Shown: positions 13,147 through 25,439 of the stretch, piece after piece
Layout: each line of letters begins with the position of its first letter
How positions within the stretch are numbered: position 1 is the stretch's first letter
Source of the DNA: Eledone cirrhosa
Lineage: Eukaryota
NCBI GenBank assembly: GCA_964016885.1
Contig: CAXHJY010000081.1
Span: forward strand, 1-64,000
Direction: 5' to 3'
DNA length: 64,000 nt
Notes under the pieces: generated by a model
The model's database searches: none
Seen by the model: only the letters and a program-made list of their open reading frames with translations
What the model was told of the DNA's origin: nothing
Position numbers and translations under genes: made by a program

Positions 13147-13375
13147 TTAACCCTTTAGTATTCTCATTACTCTATATTTACTATTATATTTTCACAGTAA
13201 AGGCTTTACCTCACATAATTATCTCACATAATATCGAATCTATGAGATTTTGATATTATTTATTTTGAGCACAATACCTCAACATCCGTATCAGTGGCCT
13301 GTAATGGCCGGTTTGGATAGAAAGAGGTTGGAGAAGTCTGCTCATATACGGCTGGTTTAAATACTAAAGGGTTAA
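13147..13375 (+). mobile_element. TTAA-flanked MITE (piggyBac-like)
   Basis: TTAA-CCCTTTAGTATT ... AATACTAAAGGG-TTAA. A partial copy starts at 12952. Confidence 0.8.
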
Positions 13376-13744
13376 AAGATTCAAACAGTAACATATTAAA
13401 CATTCAATGCGGGTGAGTAGAGTGTAGATATTTCTCTTCTTTTTCTTAGTAGAAAAATAGCAGTGACTTCGAAGTTGTAGCAGTTGTTGTCATTTTTGTA
13501 GTTATATTTGCTTTGTAATGCAATACAGCGAAATGATCTGAAGAGTTTTTTGAGCTCTTTAAAAATAAAGTTAATGAAATACCACAGAGATTTATCAGTT
13601 TCAATAGAATATCTGGATAGTTTACTATCTTATCGCTGATTCTTGCTTTATATCGTATATCTTTATAGACAGCTCAGTCACTTCTAGCAATCTCGTTGGT
13701 ACAAGCTTTTTGCTGCGTCATACAGACAAGATGGCCAGTATCGT

Positions 13745-13970
13745 CAACTTTGCTGGCTAGTTTAGGCACAAGGCCCACATTAAATCGACCCCTGTGATTC
13801 ACTGGTGCTTGATTTTATCTTCAAACACCAGCTCAATAATGGTTTGTGATTTAGATACAAGGCTAAAAATGCTGGGGGAGAGGAAAGTTGATAAAATCAA
13901 CCCCAGTGTATTACTGGTACTTTATTTTATCGACCCCCGTAAGGATGAAAGGCAAAGTTAACCTCAGCGG
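13745..13970 (-). mobile_element. S1 SINE fragments
   Basis: Reverse complement of the core and 3' end. Confidence 0.75.
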
Positions 13971-14042
13971 TATATGTATATATAAATATATATATAAAGA
14001 TGACCCTCCCCAAGTATAACAATATATATATATATATATACG

Positions 14043-14178
14043 AAAAGATTCAGGAGCCCGACGGCTGAGCTCCGGCCGTTTCGACAGCTAGATCCGAACA
14101 GTTCGGATCTAGCTGTCGAAACGGCCGGAGCTCAGCCGTCGGGCTCCTGAATCGTTTCATATTACCCACTCTTTTACC

Positions 14179-14180
<2 letters not shown>
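14043..14180 (+). mobile_element. Family A variant, a perfect palindrome of about 107 bp
   Basis: Centre at 14100 (gaac a gttc). Arms carry GAAAcggccggagctcagccgTC. Confidence 0.75.
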
Positions 14181-14259
<79 letters not shown>

Positions 14260-14280
14260 ATATAAATATATGTATGTATG

Positions 14281-14313
<33 letters not shown>

Positions 14314-14364
14314 ATATAAATATATGTATGTAAATAAATGTATGTATGTATGTATGTATGTGTG

Positions 14365-14449
<85 letters not shown>

Positions 14450-14452
14450 GTG

Positions 14453-14539
<87 letters not shown>

Positions 14540-15199
14540 ATATATATATATTTATATGTATATATATATATATGTATATATATATGCCAGGTGGTGCTTG
14601 GACATGGCCAATACTAGCCGAGACCTATTAAGTTATATATGTATGTATACGTGTGTATATATATATATATATATGTATGTATATATATATATATATATGT
14701 ATGTATATATACGTGTGTTATTGACGGATGTGAGAAAAAGAACTCAATACCGAAGTAGAGTTTAAATATTCACTTTTATAGCTAGGCAGAGAGCCATGTT
14801 ACTCCGTGCACTCGCATGATCTTCAATATGTTTGTAAGCCTCTGAATATCTCATTCTATCAGAGTCGAACTATATTGTTATATCAGCTATCTTACTGTTT
14901 ATGTATTATGTAATTGCAGACTAATGATGAAACACGAGTTATGTGAATAAACCTTTTATTAAAGTGTAATATCCCCCTCCACTTTCAGATAAATATAACT
15001 GCAGCCGCCATTGATATCTTATATATGGCATGGATGCTATTGTACGCGCCTACATCTTATTCTACAAATTATTCGTGTCATGAACCCCATGGAGAATTAA
15101 ACACGGTAAGACTAACATTTATTGCATTGAAACTTTACAACTGGAATATAAATATATGTATATATAAGAAATCTTGCAAAACAAATTAAAAAACGAAAC

Positions 15200-15261
<62 letters not shown>

Positions 15262-15267
15262 CAATAT

Positions 15268-15303
<36 letters not shown>

Positions 15304-15309
15304 CAATAT

Positions 15310-15349
<40 letters not shown>

Positions 15350-15405
15350 ATACAAAGCATTTTTAGGCTAATTTACTTAGGAAAAATTCAACGGAGGCAC
15401 TATTT

Positions 15406-15458
<53 letters not shown>

Positions 15459-15585
15459 CGTCGTTTTTCAATTTGTTTTGTCTGAAAACGTGTGTTGAAA
15501 CAGATATTGTTATACTTTGGAAGGGTCATGCTGCCAATAAAAGGTGCTTGTGTTTTTAATAGCATGACCCTCCCAAAGTATGACA

Positions 15586-15624
<39 letters not shown>

Positions 15625-15722
15625 CACATTTGTGAAGGAACAGGGGCTGTGTTGTTTCTGGATATATATATGTATATATATGCATATATATATATACACA
15701 TATATATTTATATATATATATG

Positions 15723-15799
<77 letters not shown>

Positions 15800-15923
15800 A
15801 TATATGTATATATATACACATATTTATATATATATATATGTATGTATATATATATATACATATATATTTATGTATGTATATTATATATATATACATATAT
15901 ATTTATATATATATATGTATATA

Positions 15924-15960
<37 letters not shown>

Positions 15961-16039
15961 ATATTTATATATATATATGTATATAATATATATATACATA
16001 TATATATATATATAATATTTATATATATATATGTATATA

Positions 16040-16117
<78 letters not shown>

Positions 16118-16206
16118 CATATATATATATAGTTATATATATGTATATATATACACATATATATTTATATATATATGTATGTATATATATATATACACAT
16201 ATATTG

Positions 16207-16263
<57 letters not shown>

Positions 16264-16959
16264 TTATATATATATATATTTATTTATTATATATATATAT
16301 ATATATATTTATAGTTTTGCGAGGTTTTTGATATTAAATCGTGTGTCGAAACAAATATTGTTATACTTGGGGAGGGTAAAATGAATGGAATAATAACAAC
16401 ACCCAAACAAACAACACTCACCTGAGAGAAGTATAAATAAATAAATAAATAGATAAATAAATAAATAAATACATACACAAGCCCAATAACAACAAACACA
16501 TATAAACACACACTAGTAAACATAGAATACATTAACCAATACACAGTCACCCAATCACGAACACACATCAAACAAAACACTATCCACACACGCAAACGCA
16601 TGCGCAAAGAAGACAAAATAAAATAAACAAATAAATAAATAAATATATAAACAGACTAAATAAAGATGGCGTAGAAAATACAATGCAACGGGAGGAAACA
16701 ATAGTAACACTGACGATGTTGCAGATGTGCAACGAAAGAACTTTGATAAACTATATATATGTGTTTGTGTCTATATTGTATCTGTATTATTTTTGACCGT
16801 TGGTCAGTCAATGGCAACATTGAGGACCGAATAAATTAGATTACCGATATAAAAGACACAGAAGCGAAAAGCGAAAACCAACCAAACAGTGAGTGTGTTC
16901 TGTTATTATTTCTGGCAATATTACACAAATATGACCCTCCCCAAGTATAACACAATATT

Positions 16960-17022
<63 letters not shown>

Positions 17023-17100
17023 TTATTTATTTATTTATTTATTTATATATATAAAATTTAGTACAGCATCAACGAAGCCATGGTTGTAGCCAAGCTAACG

Positions 17101-17406
17101 ATAAATATATGCATAAAGAAAGTATATACTTTCGGACGTTCAATCATCTGGGAGGAAGGTATACGTTGCTGACGATAGCTAATAAGCTTGAAACTAGTAC
17201 AGCGTTCCTTTGTCAGTGTTGAACAAACGAGCAACGGTGGTTGCTGGACACTACGGCTTAATACGGAATGTTTGTTTACAAACACACCGATCATTATAAT
17301 AAATGTTCGGTGAATCCATACGTACATATATATATGTGTGCATGTATGTATATATATATACATACTACTGTACGTCTGTATACATATATGTATGTACGTA
17401 TATATA

Positions 17407-17410
<4 letters not shown>
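17101..17410 (+). mobile_element. Diverged, 5'-truncated monomer of the 470-bp family, with HHR at 17163-17205
   Basis: acgttg-CTGACGA-tagct aata agctt-GAAA-ctag-TA-cagcgt. Flanks align with the 1916-3252 unit. Confidence 0.8.
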
Positions 17411-17449
<39 letters not shown>

Positions 17450-17507
17450 TATATATATATGCAACAATATATATATATATATATATATAATATATATATA
17501 TATATGC

Positions 17508-17568
<61 letters not shown>

Positions 17569-17591
17569 GCTATATATATATATATATGCAT

Positions 17592-17625
<34 letters not shown>

Positions 17626-17797
17626 ATATATATATATATATTGTTGCAACAATATATATATATATATATGCAACAATATATATATATATATATGCAACAA
17701 TATATATATATATGCAACAATATATATATATATATATGCAACTATGCAACAATATATATATATATGCAACAATATACATATATATATATATGCAACA

Positions 17798-17854
<57 letters not shown>

Positions 17855-18027
17855 CATATATATATATATATACACACCTACTTGCGTACATACATACACA
17901 TTGAACCAGACTAATAATAACGCAAAAACAAGACAATTATACGATTGGTGAAATTGTAAACTGGAACGGAACAAATTATATGGGTGTGTTGCTGTTTGGT
18001 GGAAATGTCAACAGAATTGGGTAGCGA

Positions 18028-18665
18028 CTGGTTGGCTGGCTGGAGGGTTTGTTGGTTGGCTGGTTGGCTGGCTGGTTGGTTGGTTGGTTGGTGTGTTGGC
18101 TGGCTGGTTTGTTAGTTGGTTGGCTGGCTGATTGGTTGGTTGGTTGGCTGGTTGGTTGGTTGGCTAGTTGGCTGGCTGGCTGGCTGGTTGGTTGGCTGGT
18201 TGGTTAGTTGGTTGGCTGGCTGGTTGGTTGGTTGGTTGGTTGGCTGGTTGGCTGGTTGGTTAGTTGGTTGGTTGGTTGGCTGGTTGGTTAGTTGGTTGGC
18301 TGGCTGGTTGGTTGGTTGGCTAGTTGGCTGGCTGGTAGGCTGGTTGGTTAGTTGGTTGGCTGGCTGGTTGGTTGGTTGGTTGGCTGGCTGGTTGGTTGGT
18401 TGGTGTGTTGGTTGGCTGTGATTGGTTGGCTGGCTGTGTGGTTGGTTGGTTGGCTGGTTGGTTGGATGTGTGGTTGGTTGGCTGGCTGTGTGGTTGGTTG
18501 GTTGGTTGGTCGGTTGGCTGTGTGGTTGGTTGGTTGGCTGGCTGGTTGGCTGCCTGGTTTGGTGGTTGGTTGGTTGGCTGTGGATTGTTTGCTAGTTGGT
18601 TGGCTGGCTGGTTGGTTGGTTGGCTGGTTGGTGGGGTGTGTGGTTGGTTGTTTGGCTGGCTGGTT
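18028..18665. repeat. (TGGT/TGGC)n microsatellite
   Basis: Direct inspection. Confidence 0.95.
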
Positions 18666-18714
<49 letters not shown>

Positions 18715-18717
<3 letters not shown>

Positions 18718-18935
18718 AAAAAAGATGAAATCGAAAATGCAACTGGAGTCTTTTTAAGAATATTTATTTGTTTGCTTTACCGGTTTCACAGATCTTATGC
18801 TTTTCAAAAGTAGAATTGAGAATGTTTTTCTCGCATCTGATGGGTAAAGGAAACAAATAAATTTTCTTAAAAAGGGTCCAGTTGCATTTTCGATTTCATC
18901 TTTTTTCCTTATACTTTCACTCGTGTAGTACATCT
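18715..18935. mobile_element. Family F-related fold-back element with a variant HHR at 18775-18810 (-)
   Basis: ctt-TTGAAAA-gca taagatc tgt-GAAA-ccgg-TA-aag. Arms at 18715-18781 and 18843-18912. Confidence 0.7.
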
Positions 18936-19057
18936 CGTTTTTTTTTTTTTTTCATTTAAAAAAACCCCTCATTTTCTTATATATATATATATTTGCTCTA
19001 CGGTCCTTATATATTTGATATATATTTATCGTTATCGAGCCCTCTTTGGATTATTAT

Positions 19058-19099
<42 letters not shown>

Positions 19100-19102
<3 letters not shown>

Positions 19103-19503
19103 CAGAGATATCCACGGTAAGTTGTGGGGTCTAGTCTGCATGAAGAACTCAATGTAATCCAAATGTTGAAAATGTTGTAGGTTAAAATAAATCCCGGCAA
19201 ACAATAAAACATTAAAAGGAAAACAGAGTCATGATATAAGTTAAAACAATGAAATAAAAATTCAAGTCATTAGAAATATACTTCACTGCTTTACGATCGT
19301 TTCTAGGGGATGATAATACATCGTAACCATACTTTTTTATCGATCTATGTAAGGTTAGTTACAAAATAAAGATTATTTTGTAACTAACCTTACATAGACC
19401 GATAACGAAGTATTGTTGCGATGTATTATCATCACCTAGAAACGATCGTAAAGCAGTGAAGTATATTTCTAATGACTTGAATTTTTATTTCATTGTTTTA
19501 ACT

Positions 19504-19508
<5 letters not shown>
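19100..19508 (-). mobile_element. Fold-back element with a 275-bp palindrome (19234-19508) and an HHR 3' half
   Basis: GAAA-cgatcg-TA-aagcag in both arms. No CUGANGA half is present. Confidence 0.7.
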
Positions 19509-19527
<19 letters not shown>

Positions 19528-19534
<7 letters not shown>

Positions 19535-19720
19535 GAGGTTTTTTTTACAAAATTAAAAATAACCGAGTGAAAGTATAAAGAAAAAGAGATGAAATCGAAA
19601 ATGCAACTGGAGTCTTATTTTTTTTAAAAATATATATATTTATTTGGTTCCTTTACCGGTTTTGCAGTTCTTCTGCTTTTCAAAAGGTGAGTTGAGATGG
19701 AAGGTCTGTGGTTTTTCTCA
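19528..19720 (-). mobile_element. Second copy of the 18715 family, with a variant HHR at 19650-19687
   Basis: cctt-TTGAAAA-gcag aagaa ctgc-AAAA-ccgg-TA-aagg (G12 mutated). Confidence 0.65.
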
Positions 19721-20037
19721 CATATATATATATATATATATACTTGGGGAGGGTCATATTGTTGTAATAACATTGCCAGAAATAATAACAGAACGCACTC
19801 ACTGTTTGTTTGGTTTTCGCTTCTGTATCTTTTATATCTCCATAGTTAATTTATTTGGTAACCAACGTTTATCATTGATTGACCGACGGTTAAACATATA
19901 TATTATAGGGTAAAATAACTGTTTCTACCTTAGGCACAAGGCCAGCAATTACCCAGTACATTACTGGTACTTTATATTATAGGGTAAAATAACAGGAGGC
20001 CGCACATGTTGTATTCCTTAAAATTGTATTACTGCAA

Positions 20038-20095
20038 GCACTATGCACAGTTCAGTGGCCAGGTTACGTATGAACCCGGTGACATCATCAGGTGT
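20038..20095 (-). ncRNA. Degenerate HHR of the 1067 family
   Basis: cac-CTGATGA-tgtcaccgggttcatacgtaacctggccact-GAAC-tgtgca-TA-gtg. Confidence 0.55.
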
Positions 20096-20534
20096 ATATT
20101 ACATAATAGTTAGGAAGAAACCGAGAAAGAGAAAACGAGAATGAAAAAAAAAGGTGTTTTTTGTTTTTGACTCAGGGGTAATTGAATGCACTGTTGTCAT
20201 TCGGGCGGAATCCCTGTGTGTGTGTGTGCGCGCGCACGTGTGTGTGTGTGTGTGTGTGTAAAGCCCCTTATCACACAAACAAACCCAAGTGTTGAAATAA
20301 TCTCTTATATCTTTGTAAATCTTCTAACATCCTGTCCTACTTCTGCTGGTTTCAGTTATCTCTCACTGATTTTTATGTTGTTCTTGTTGTTTACATTTTT
20401 TTACCATCTACAGTGAACTGTTTGCAACCTTTCTTAAGCAAACAGTTATCTCCCTTTCTATCTCTCTTTATTCACCGCCATACTATCAGTGTTCCCCACC
20501 ACCACCACCACCACTACGTTCAAACATCTTACCT

Positions 20535-20604
<70 letters not shown>

Positions 20605-20606
<2 letters not shown>

Positions 20607-20770
20607 AGAAAGTATGATCTGGACTCAGTCCAGAAATAGCCGTCGAAAGGGCTTGAGCTCTGCGGTCGGGGTCATACTTGCTCCTATTACCCACTCTACT
20701 ACCCTAAGTATTGAGTACTCTGGTGAGTTATGGTCCGTCTGGTTCCTTACCACAATTCCTTTGTTATTAC
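20605..20770 (+). mobile_element. Family A element
   Basis: gccgtcGAAAgggcttgagctctgcggTCgggg followed by the family tail. Confidence 0.7.
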
Positions 20771-21026
20771 ATATATAACGTTTGACCTGTTTGACTTGTT
20801 TGGCTTGATTTGTTTGACCTGTTTGGCTTGATTTGTTTGACCTGTTTGGCTTGATTTGTTTTTTGGCTTAGGTAGTTAATGCCTTCTTAACCACTTCTTC
20901 TGTTTGTATGGCGTTTTAACTTATTGTTTAGCTCTAGTTTTCTTAACTATTGGAGCGCTTGCCAGCATTTCTACGATTTTGCGTTTCGTTTCGCTTTTTC
21001 TACCAACTGAAATACGATTCTCGCTG

Positions 21027-21059
<33 letters not shown>

Positions 21060-21063
<4 letters not shown>

Positions 21064-21190
21064 GGAAAATTTGAACAGGAACAAAACAGAGAGGCAGTAC
21101 AACGAATGTTTATTAATTTCACGCTCTGGAGAGTGGAGTGGTGGTGGGGAACGACGTTTCGGGCATAAGCCCTTCTTCAGGTGAAAAATA
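21060..21190 (-). mobile_element. Family G element with HHR at 21150-21183
   Basis: cac-CTGAAGA-a gggc ttat gccc-GAAA-cg-TC-gt. Second copy at 60425-60620. Confidence 0.75.
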
Positions 21191-21297
21191 TATATACCAT
21201 TCTATCACCGCTCCACAGCGACCACTGCATTAAAAAATTTCACCTTTTTGCTGCTTCTTACTCCCGCTGTTTGCAACATATATATATATATATATAT

Positions 21298-21570
21298 CAT
21301 CATCATCATCATCATCACCGTTTTACGTCCGTTCTTCCACGCTAGCATGGGTTAGACGGGTTGTCCTGTTGTGGGCAGTGTCTGGTCGGCTGACCATGCC
21401 TTGCTCATACAGGAACTGATCTGGCTTGATTTCTACAGCTGGATGCCCTTCCTAACACCAACCTCATTTACAGTGAGTGCTGGGTGCTTTTTCGTGGCGC
21501 CTACACGTCCACTTTACAGTGTGGGCTGGGTGCTTTTTTGCCGTGGCACCTCCACGACCACCTTGCGGCG
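21298..21570 (-). mobile_element. SINE-like fragment with an (ATG)n tail
   Basis: The minus strand carries AGGAAGGGCATCCAGCTGTAGAAA and ends in (ATG)n. Confidence 0.5.
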
Positions 21571-21619
21571 GTGGGTGGAGTGGGGGCATATTGTTTATAT
21601 ATATATATATTTAAAGGGT

Positions 21620-21825
21620 TTCTTATATAGGCACAAGGCCAACAATTTTGGGGGAGGGGAAAGTCAATTAAATCGACCCCAGTGCGTGACTGGTATTTTA
21701 TTTTATCGACCCCGTAAGGATGAAAGGCAAAGTTAACCTCGGTGGGATTTGAAATCAGAACGTAAAGGACCGTAACTCTTTGCTGTAAAGCATGGTGTCC
21801 GATGTTCTATCGATACTGCCAAAGC
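21620..21825 (-). mobile_element. S1 SINE
   Basis: Reverse complement of the full consensus. Confidence 0.85.
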
Positions 21826-21999
21826 CTTCATTACGTTTATTGATTGGTGACTCGCGTTTCCCTATTGATCAGCTCAAGGTTCGATCTGTATCGATCTGAC
21901 CCGACTCTGGAATTAAAAGCTCGTCGTCCCTCTGGTGTTGTAATGACAGAATGATTCCAAAGTCGGGCCAGATCGAACCTTGAGCTGATCAATCGGGGG

Positions 22000-22170
22000 T
22001 AACCACAGTAAGTAAGGTACTCAGTATATAGCAGAGTATAAATATTTAATATAAAAATGGCTTCTACAGCACTAGAACTGTTTCATTCGGGAGAAATCAT
22101 TAGAGCGTTCTGATGATTTTTTCCCAATGAAACAGTTCTAGTCATGTAGACGCCATTTCTATATTAAAAA
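22000..22170 (-). mobile_element. Family E fold-back element, degenerate
   Basis: CTGATGA..GAAAcagttctagtcatgTAgacg with an inverted partner. The tail matches 4540-4590. Confidence 0.7.
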
Positions 22171-22205
22171 AAATATATATGTATATATATATATATATAT
22201 ATATA

Positions 22206-22410
22206 ATAGGAATGAGTAGGACCCCGACGGCTGAGCTCAAGCCGTTTCGACGGCTAATTCTGGAGAACTCTGAGTCCAGAATTAGCCGTCGAAACGGCTT
22301 GAGCTCAGCCGTCGGGGTCCTACTCGTTCCTATTACCCACTCTACTACCCTAAGTATTGAGTACTTTGGTGCGTTATGGTCCACCTGGTTCCTTACCACA
22401 TTTCCTTCGT

Positions 22411-22412
<2 letters not shown>
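22206..22412 (+). mobile_element. Family A fold-back element
   Basis: About 58-bp inverted arms plus the family tail, in (TA)n. Confidence 0.8.
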
Positions 22413-22482
<70 letters not shown>

Positions 22483-22689
22483 AAACTGGTGAAAGACCGA
22501 GACCAGATGTAGATTGCAGGACCCCCAAAGCTGATAATAGGTCCAGACCAGATGTAACGAAAAGCTGACGATAGACGGAGGCCAGGTGTGAGATGCCCCT
22601 CCCCTCCCCCCCCGTTACAACTTTCCAACTTCTCATTAAGTATTTTGAAAATTTATTTCTGGGTTGCAGTTATGCAGTGTACATGATGT

Positions 22690-22766
<77 letters not shown>

Positions 22767-22771
22767 CAAAC

Positions 22772-22830
<59 letters not shown>

Positions 22831-22891
22831 CAAACATATATATATATATACATATATATATATAAATACATATATATATATATATATATAA

Positions 22892-22926
<35 letters not shown>

Positions 22927-22947
22927 CATATATATATATATATATAA

Positions 22948-23036
<89 letters not shown>

Positions 23037-23066
23037 CATATATATATATATAAATACATAATATAT

Positions 23067-23328
23067 AAGATCAAAAGATGGTTAAAGGAGTTCCATGTAT
23101 TTTATTATGCGCATTTCAAAAACAAACATCATCATGCAATAATATTTGTGTTTTCATCAGATAAAACAGGAGAACATGATATGAAGGCTAAAAAACACTT
23201 GTGGATAGTGCAGTCTTAAATCAACATATCTTATATATTATGTATACTCCAGTCCTACAAACTGTAGAGTGCTTCTTATCCGATATCTGCATTGCTTTAT
23301 TGTACTACAATAAAACTCACCTCCTACA
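23067..23328. mobile_element. Family D element with an intact HHR at 23100-23166 (-)
   Basis: ttttat-CTGATGA..GAAA-tgcgca-TA-ataaaa, joined to a plus-strand family tail. Confidence 0.8.
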
Positions 23329-23397
23329 TTATATATAAATACATATATATATATATATATATATACATACATACATACATATATACAGCTAACATTG

Positions 23398-23486
23398 GTA
23401 TATATTCTAAAACTGGAACGCTACAGAGATTAGCATGGCTCTTTGCAAGGAAGACACGCAAATTCTTGAAGCCTTCTATATATTTT
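23398..23486 (+). pseudogene. U6 snRNA pseudogene, 5'-truncated
   Basis: ctaaaactggaacgctACAGAGAttagcatggctctttgcaaggaagacacgcaaattcttgaagcc..tatttt aligns to the conserved U6 sequence with substitutions and a small deletion. Confidence 0.85.
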
Positions 23487-23576
23487 CAATGGCAGAGCCC
23501 TATCACCCCCCCCCCCTCAGTCTGTTGGCAGGAACATATAAAAGGCTAATGTAAATAAATAAATATATATATAAGA

Positions 23577-23936
23577 ATGTATATAGAGGATGATGTGGTA
23601 GAGAGGAAGATGAAAGCATGGGCGGCGTGCCACAGTTTGAGATCGGTGTGGAAGTTGGACCTTCATAAAGACCTGAAGATCTGTCTCTTCGTTGCTCCAG
23701 TGGAGTCTCTGCGGCTGTACGGGTCTGAGACTTGGACACTGACCAAGAAACTCACTCAGATGGTGGTTGGGTGCTACACAAGAATGCTGAGGATGGCTCT
23801 GAACATTAATCAGTATACACTGAGGTTGAAGAACTCAGAGTTGTACGGGAGCCTCCCAAAAGTCAGCTCGAAAGTGACACAGAAGAGATTGAGGTTAGCT
23901 GGACATGCTCACCGACATTCAGAGTTGACACTGCAC
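23577..23936 (+). mobile_element. RTE-clade LINE ORF fragment (post-RT region)
   Basis: AWAACHSLRSVW..LYGSETWTLTKKL..GCYTRMLRMALNI..RLRLAGH. Confidence 0.8.
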
Positions 23937-24436
23937 TGCTCAAATGATGTTGGCATCACCTTTAACCCTTTCGCATTTAAATCGGCCGAATCCTGCCAAA
24001 ATTATCTCACCTCTTTCTAACCGCTGGCTGTTCATACTGATGTTAAGGCATTGTTCTCAAAATAAATAATATCAATATCTCATACATTTGATATTATGTG
24101 AGATAATTATGTAAGATAAAGCCTTTACCTCAAAAATACAAATTTTAAATATAGAGTAATGTAAATGCTAAAGGGTTAAGGTACACCCAAGGCTTGGGCC
24201 TCAAGCTGTCCGCCCACGACAAAAATCTCACTCGGATCTCATAACAATACGGCACAATTATTTCACTTCAATTGACCCCGCTCTCTTTAAAATTACACCA
24301 AAACACATTAAAACAGAAACAGACCTCATAAAGTTCAAGAAGTCTTTGGATAAATAAATTCCTTCAAGAAATCCCGGATAAACCTCTTACACCCGGATAT
24401 GTCTCCGTAAACAATAACTCTCTACTTGAATGGGCC
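23937..24436 (+). mobile_element. CR1/L2-group LINE 3' ORF remnant interrupted by a MITE
   Basis: CSNDVGITF|KVHPRLGP..PALFKITPKHIK..FKKSLDK(fs)FLQEIPDKPLTPGY..NNSLLEW. Confidence 0.65.
23962..24179 (-). mobile_element. TTAA-flanked MITE, same family as 13147
   Basis: TTAA duplication and 14-bp TIR CCCTTT(C/A)GCATTTA. Removing it restores the LINE frame. Confidence 0.85.
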
Positions 24437-24870
24437 CAGAATACCAGAAGTCTCTACTGTTATAGGTTCGGTAAGAAACCAGTTTACTTTATGGGACTAA
24501 CTCTTCCAGGAGGTCAACTCCACACTGATATCAGTGAGTAGGGAGGTGGTTCAAGGACCCAGAACACCAGAAGTTTCCATTGCTATAGGTTTGATAAGAA
24601 GCCATCAGTTTATGGAGCTCGCCCCCTACAGGTGGTCAACTCCACCCTGATATCAGTGAGTAGGGAGGTGGTTCAGGGACCCAGAAAAAACAGAAGTCTC
24701 CACCACTGTAGGTTCAAAGACAATACTTGGACCCCGTACTGTCGAACTCCTCCGCATGATCGGAGTGTTGGCGGCCCGCCCGAGGTTGACTGGCTGGCTA
24801 TTGCAGCAGGTGTCACTGGCCGCCATCGTCCACGGGAATGCTTTTGCCGTCTTGTCCATGATGCGCAGCA
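24433..24870 (-). mobile_element. Degenerate CRE-like endonuclease fragment with a 122-123-bp tandem expansion
   Basis: The minus frame reads FEPTVVETS. gtgagtagggaggt and ccagaagtctc match the reverse complement of the 79-bp satellite. Units start at 24435, 24558 and 24680. Confidence 0.55.
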
Positions 24871-25106
24871 CTTCTGCCCTTTTGCCCTAGGCCCAAAGCC
24901 CAATTACCCCCCCCCCCCAAAAAAAAAAATTTCTTCCCCCCTCCCCCTCTTCTGCAACAGCAGAGCTCTTACCATCCCCTCTCATTCCCGTTCTTTTTCT
25001 TCTTTCTTTCTCTCTATTTTCTCTATATTTCTGTTCTTTCTTTCGTTTTGTTTCGCCCTTTTTTTTTTTTTTATTATTGCCGTCATTGAATTTGTAAATC
25101 AATCCA

Positions 25107-25282
25107 GGGTGGCGATTTGGCAGTATCGGTAGAAGGTCGGACACCATGCCTTACAGCATAGAGTTACGGCCCTTTATAATCTGAGTTCAAATCCGGCCAA
25201 AGTTAATTTTGATTTTCATCCTTATGGGGTCGATAAAATAAAGTACCAGTAATACACTGGAGAGTAATTGCTGGGCTTGTGC
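25107..25282 (+). mobile_element. S1 SINE
   Basis: A and B boxes, core and tail. Confidence 0.85.
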
Positions 25283-25439
25283 CAATACTAGAAACAATTA
25301 TATTTGTAAAGTCTGAAAAGCTCTGTTCTAACAGTCACAAACATAAGGGAAATGTACAGAGGGATGGTCATGGCTGGAAAGTCTTTGATCATAGATAGGT
25401 TCTGTGTGATGAGGGTCAGCCTGGGGTTAAACAACAACT

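Noticed and set aside
15482-15515. CTGAAAAcgtgtgttGAAAcagatattgTT (related copies at 8460-8480 and 16330-16370)
   Set aside because: C3-A8 mismatch and an unclear stem II. Probably another decayed HHR family, but not supportable as a ribozyme.
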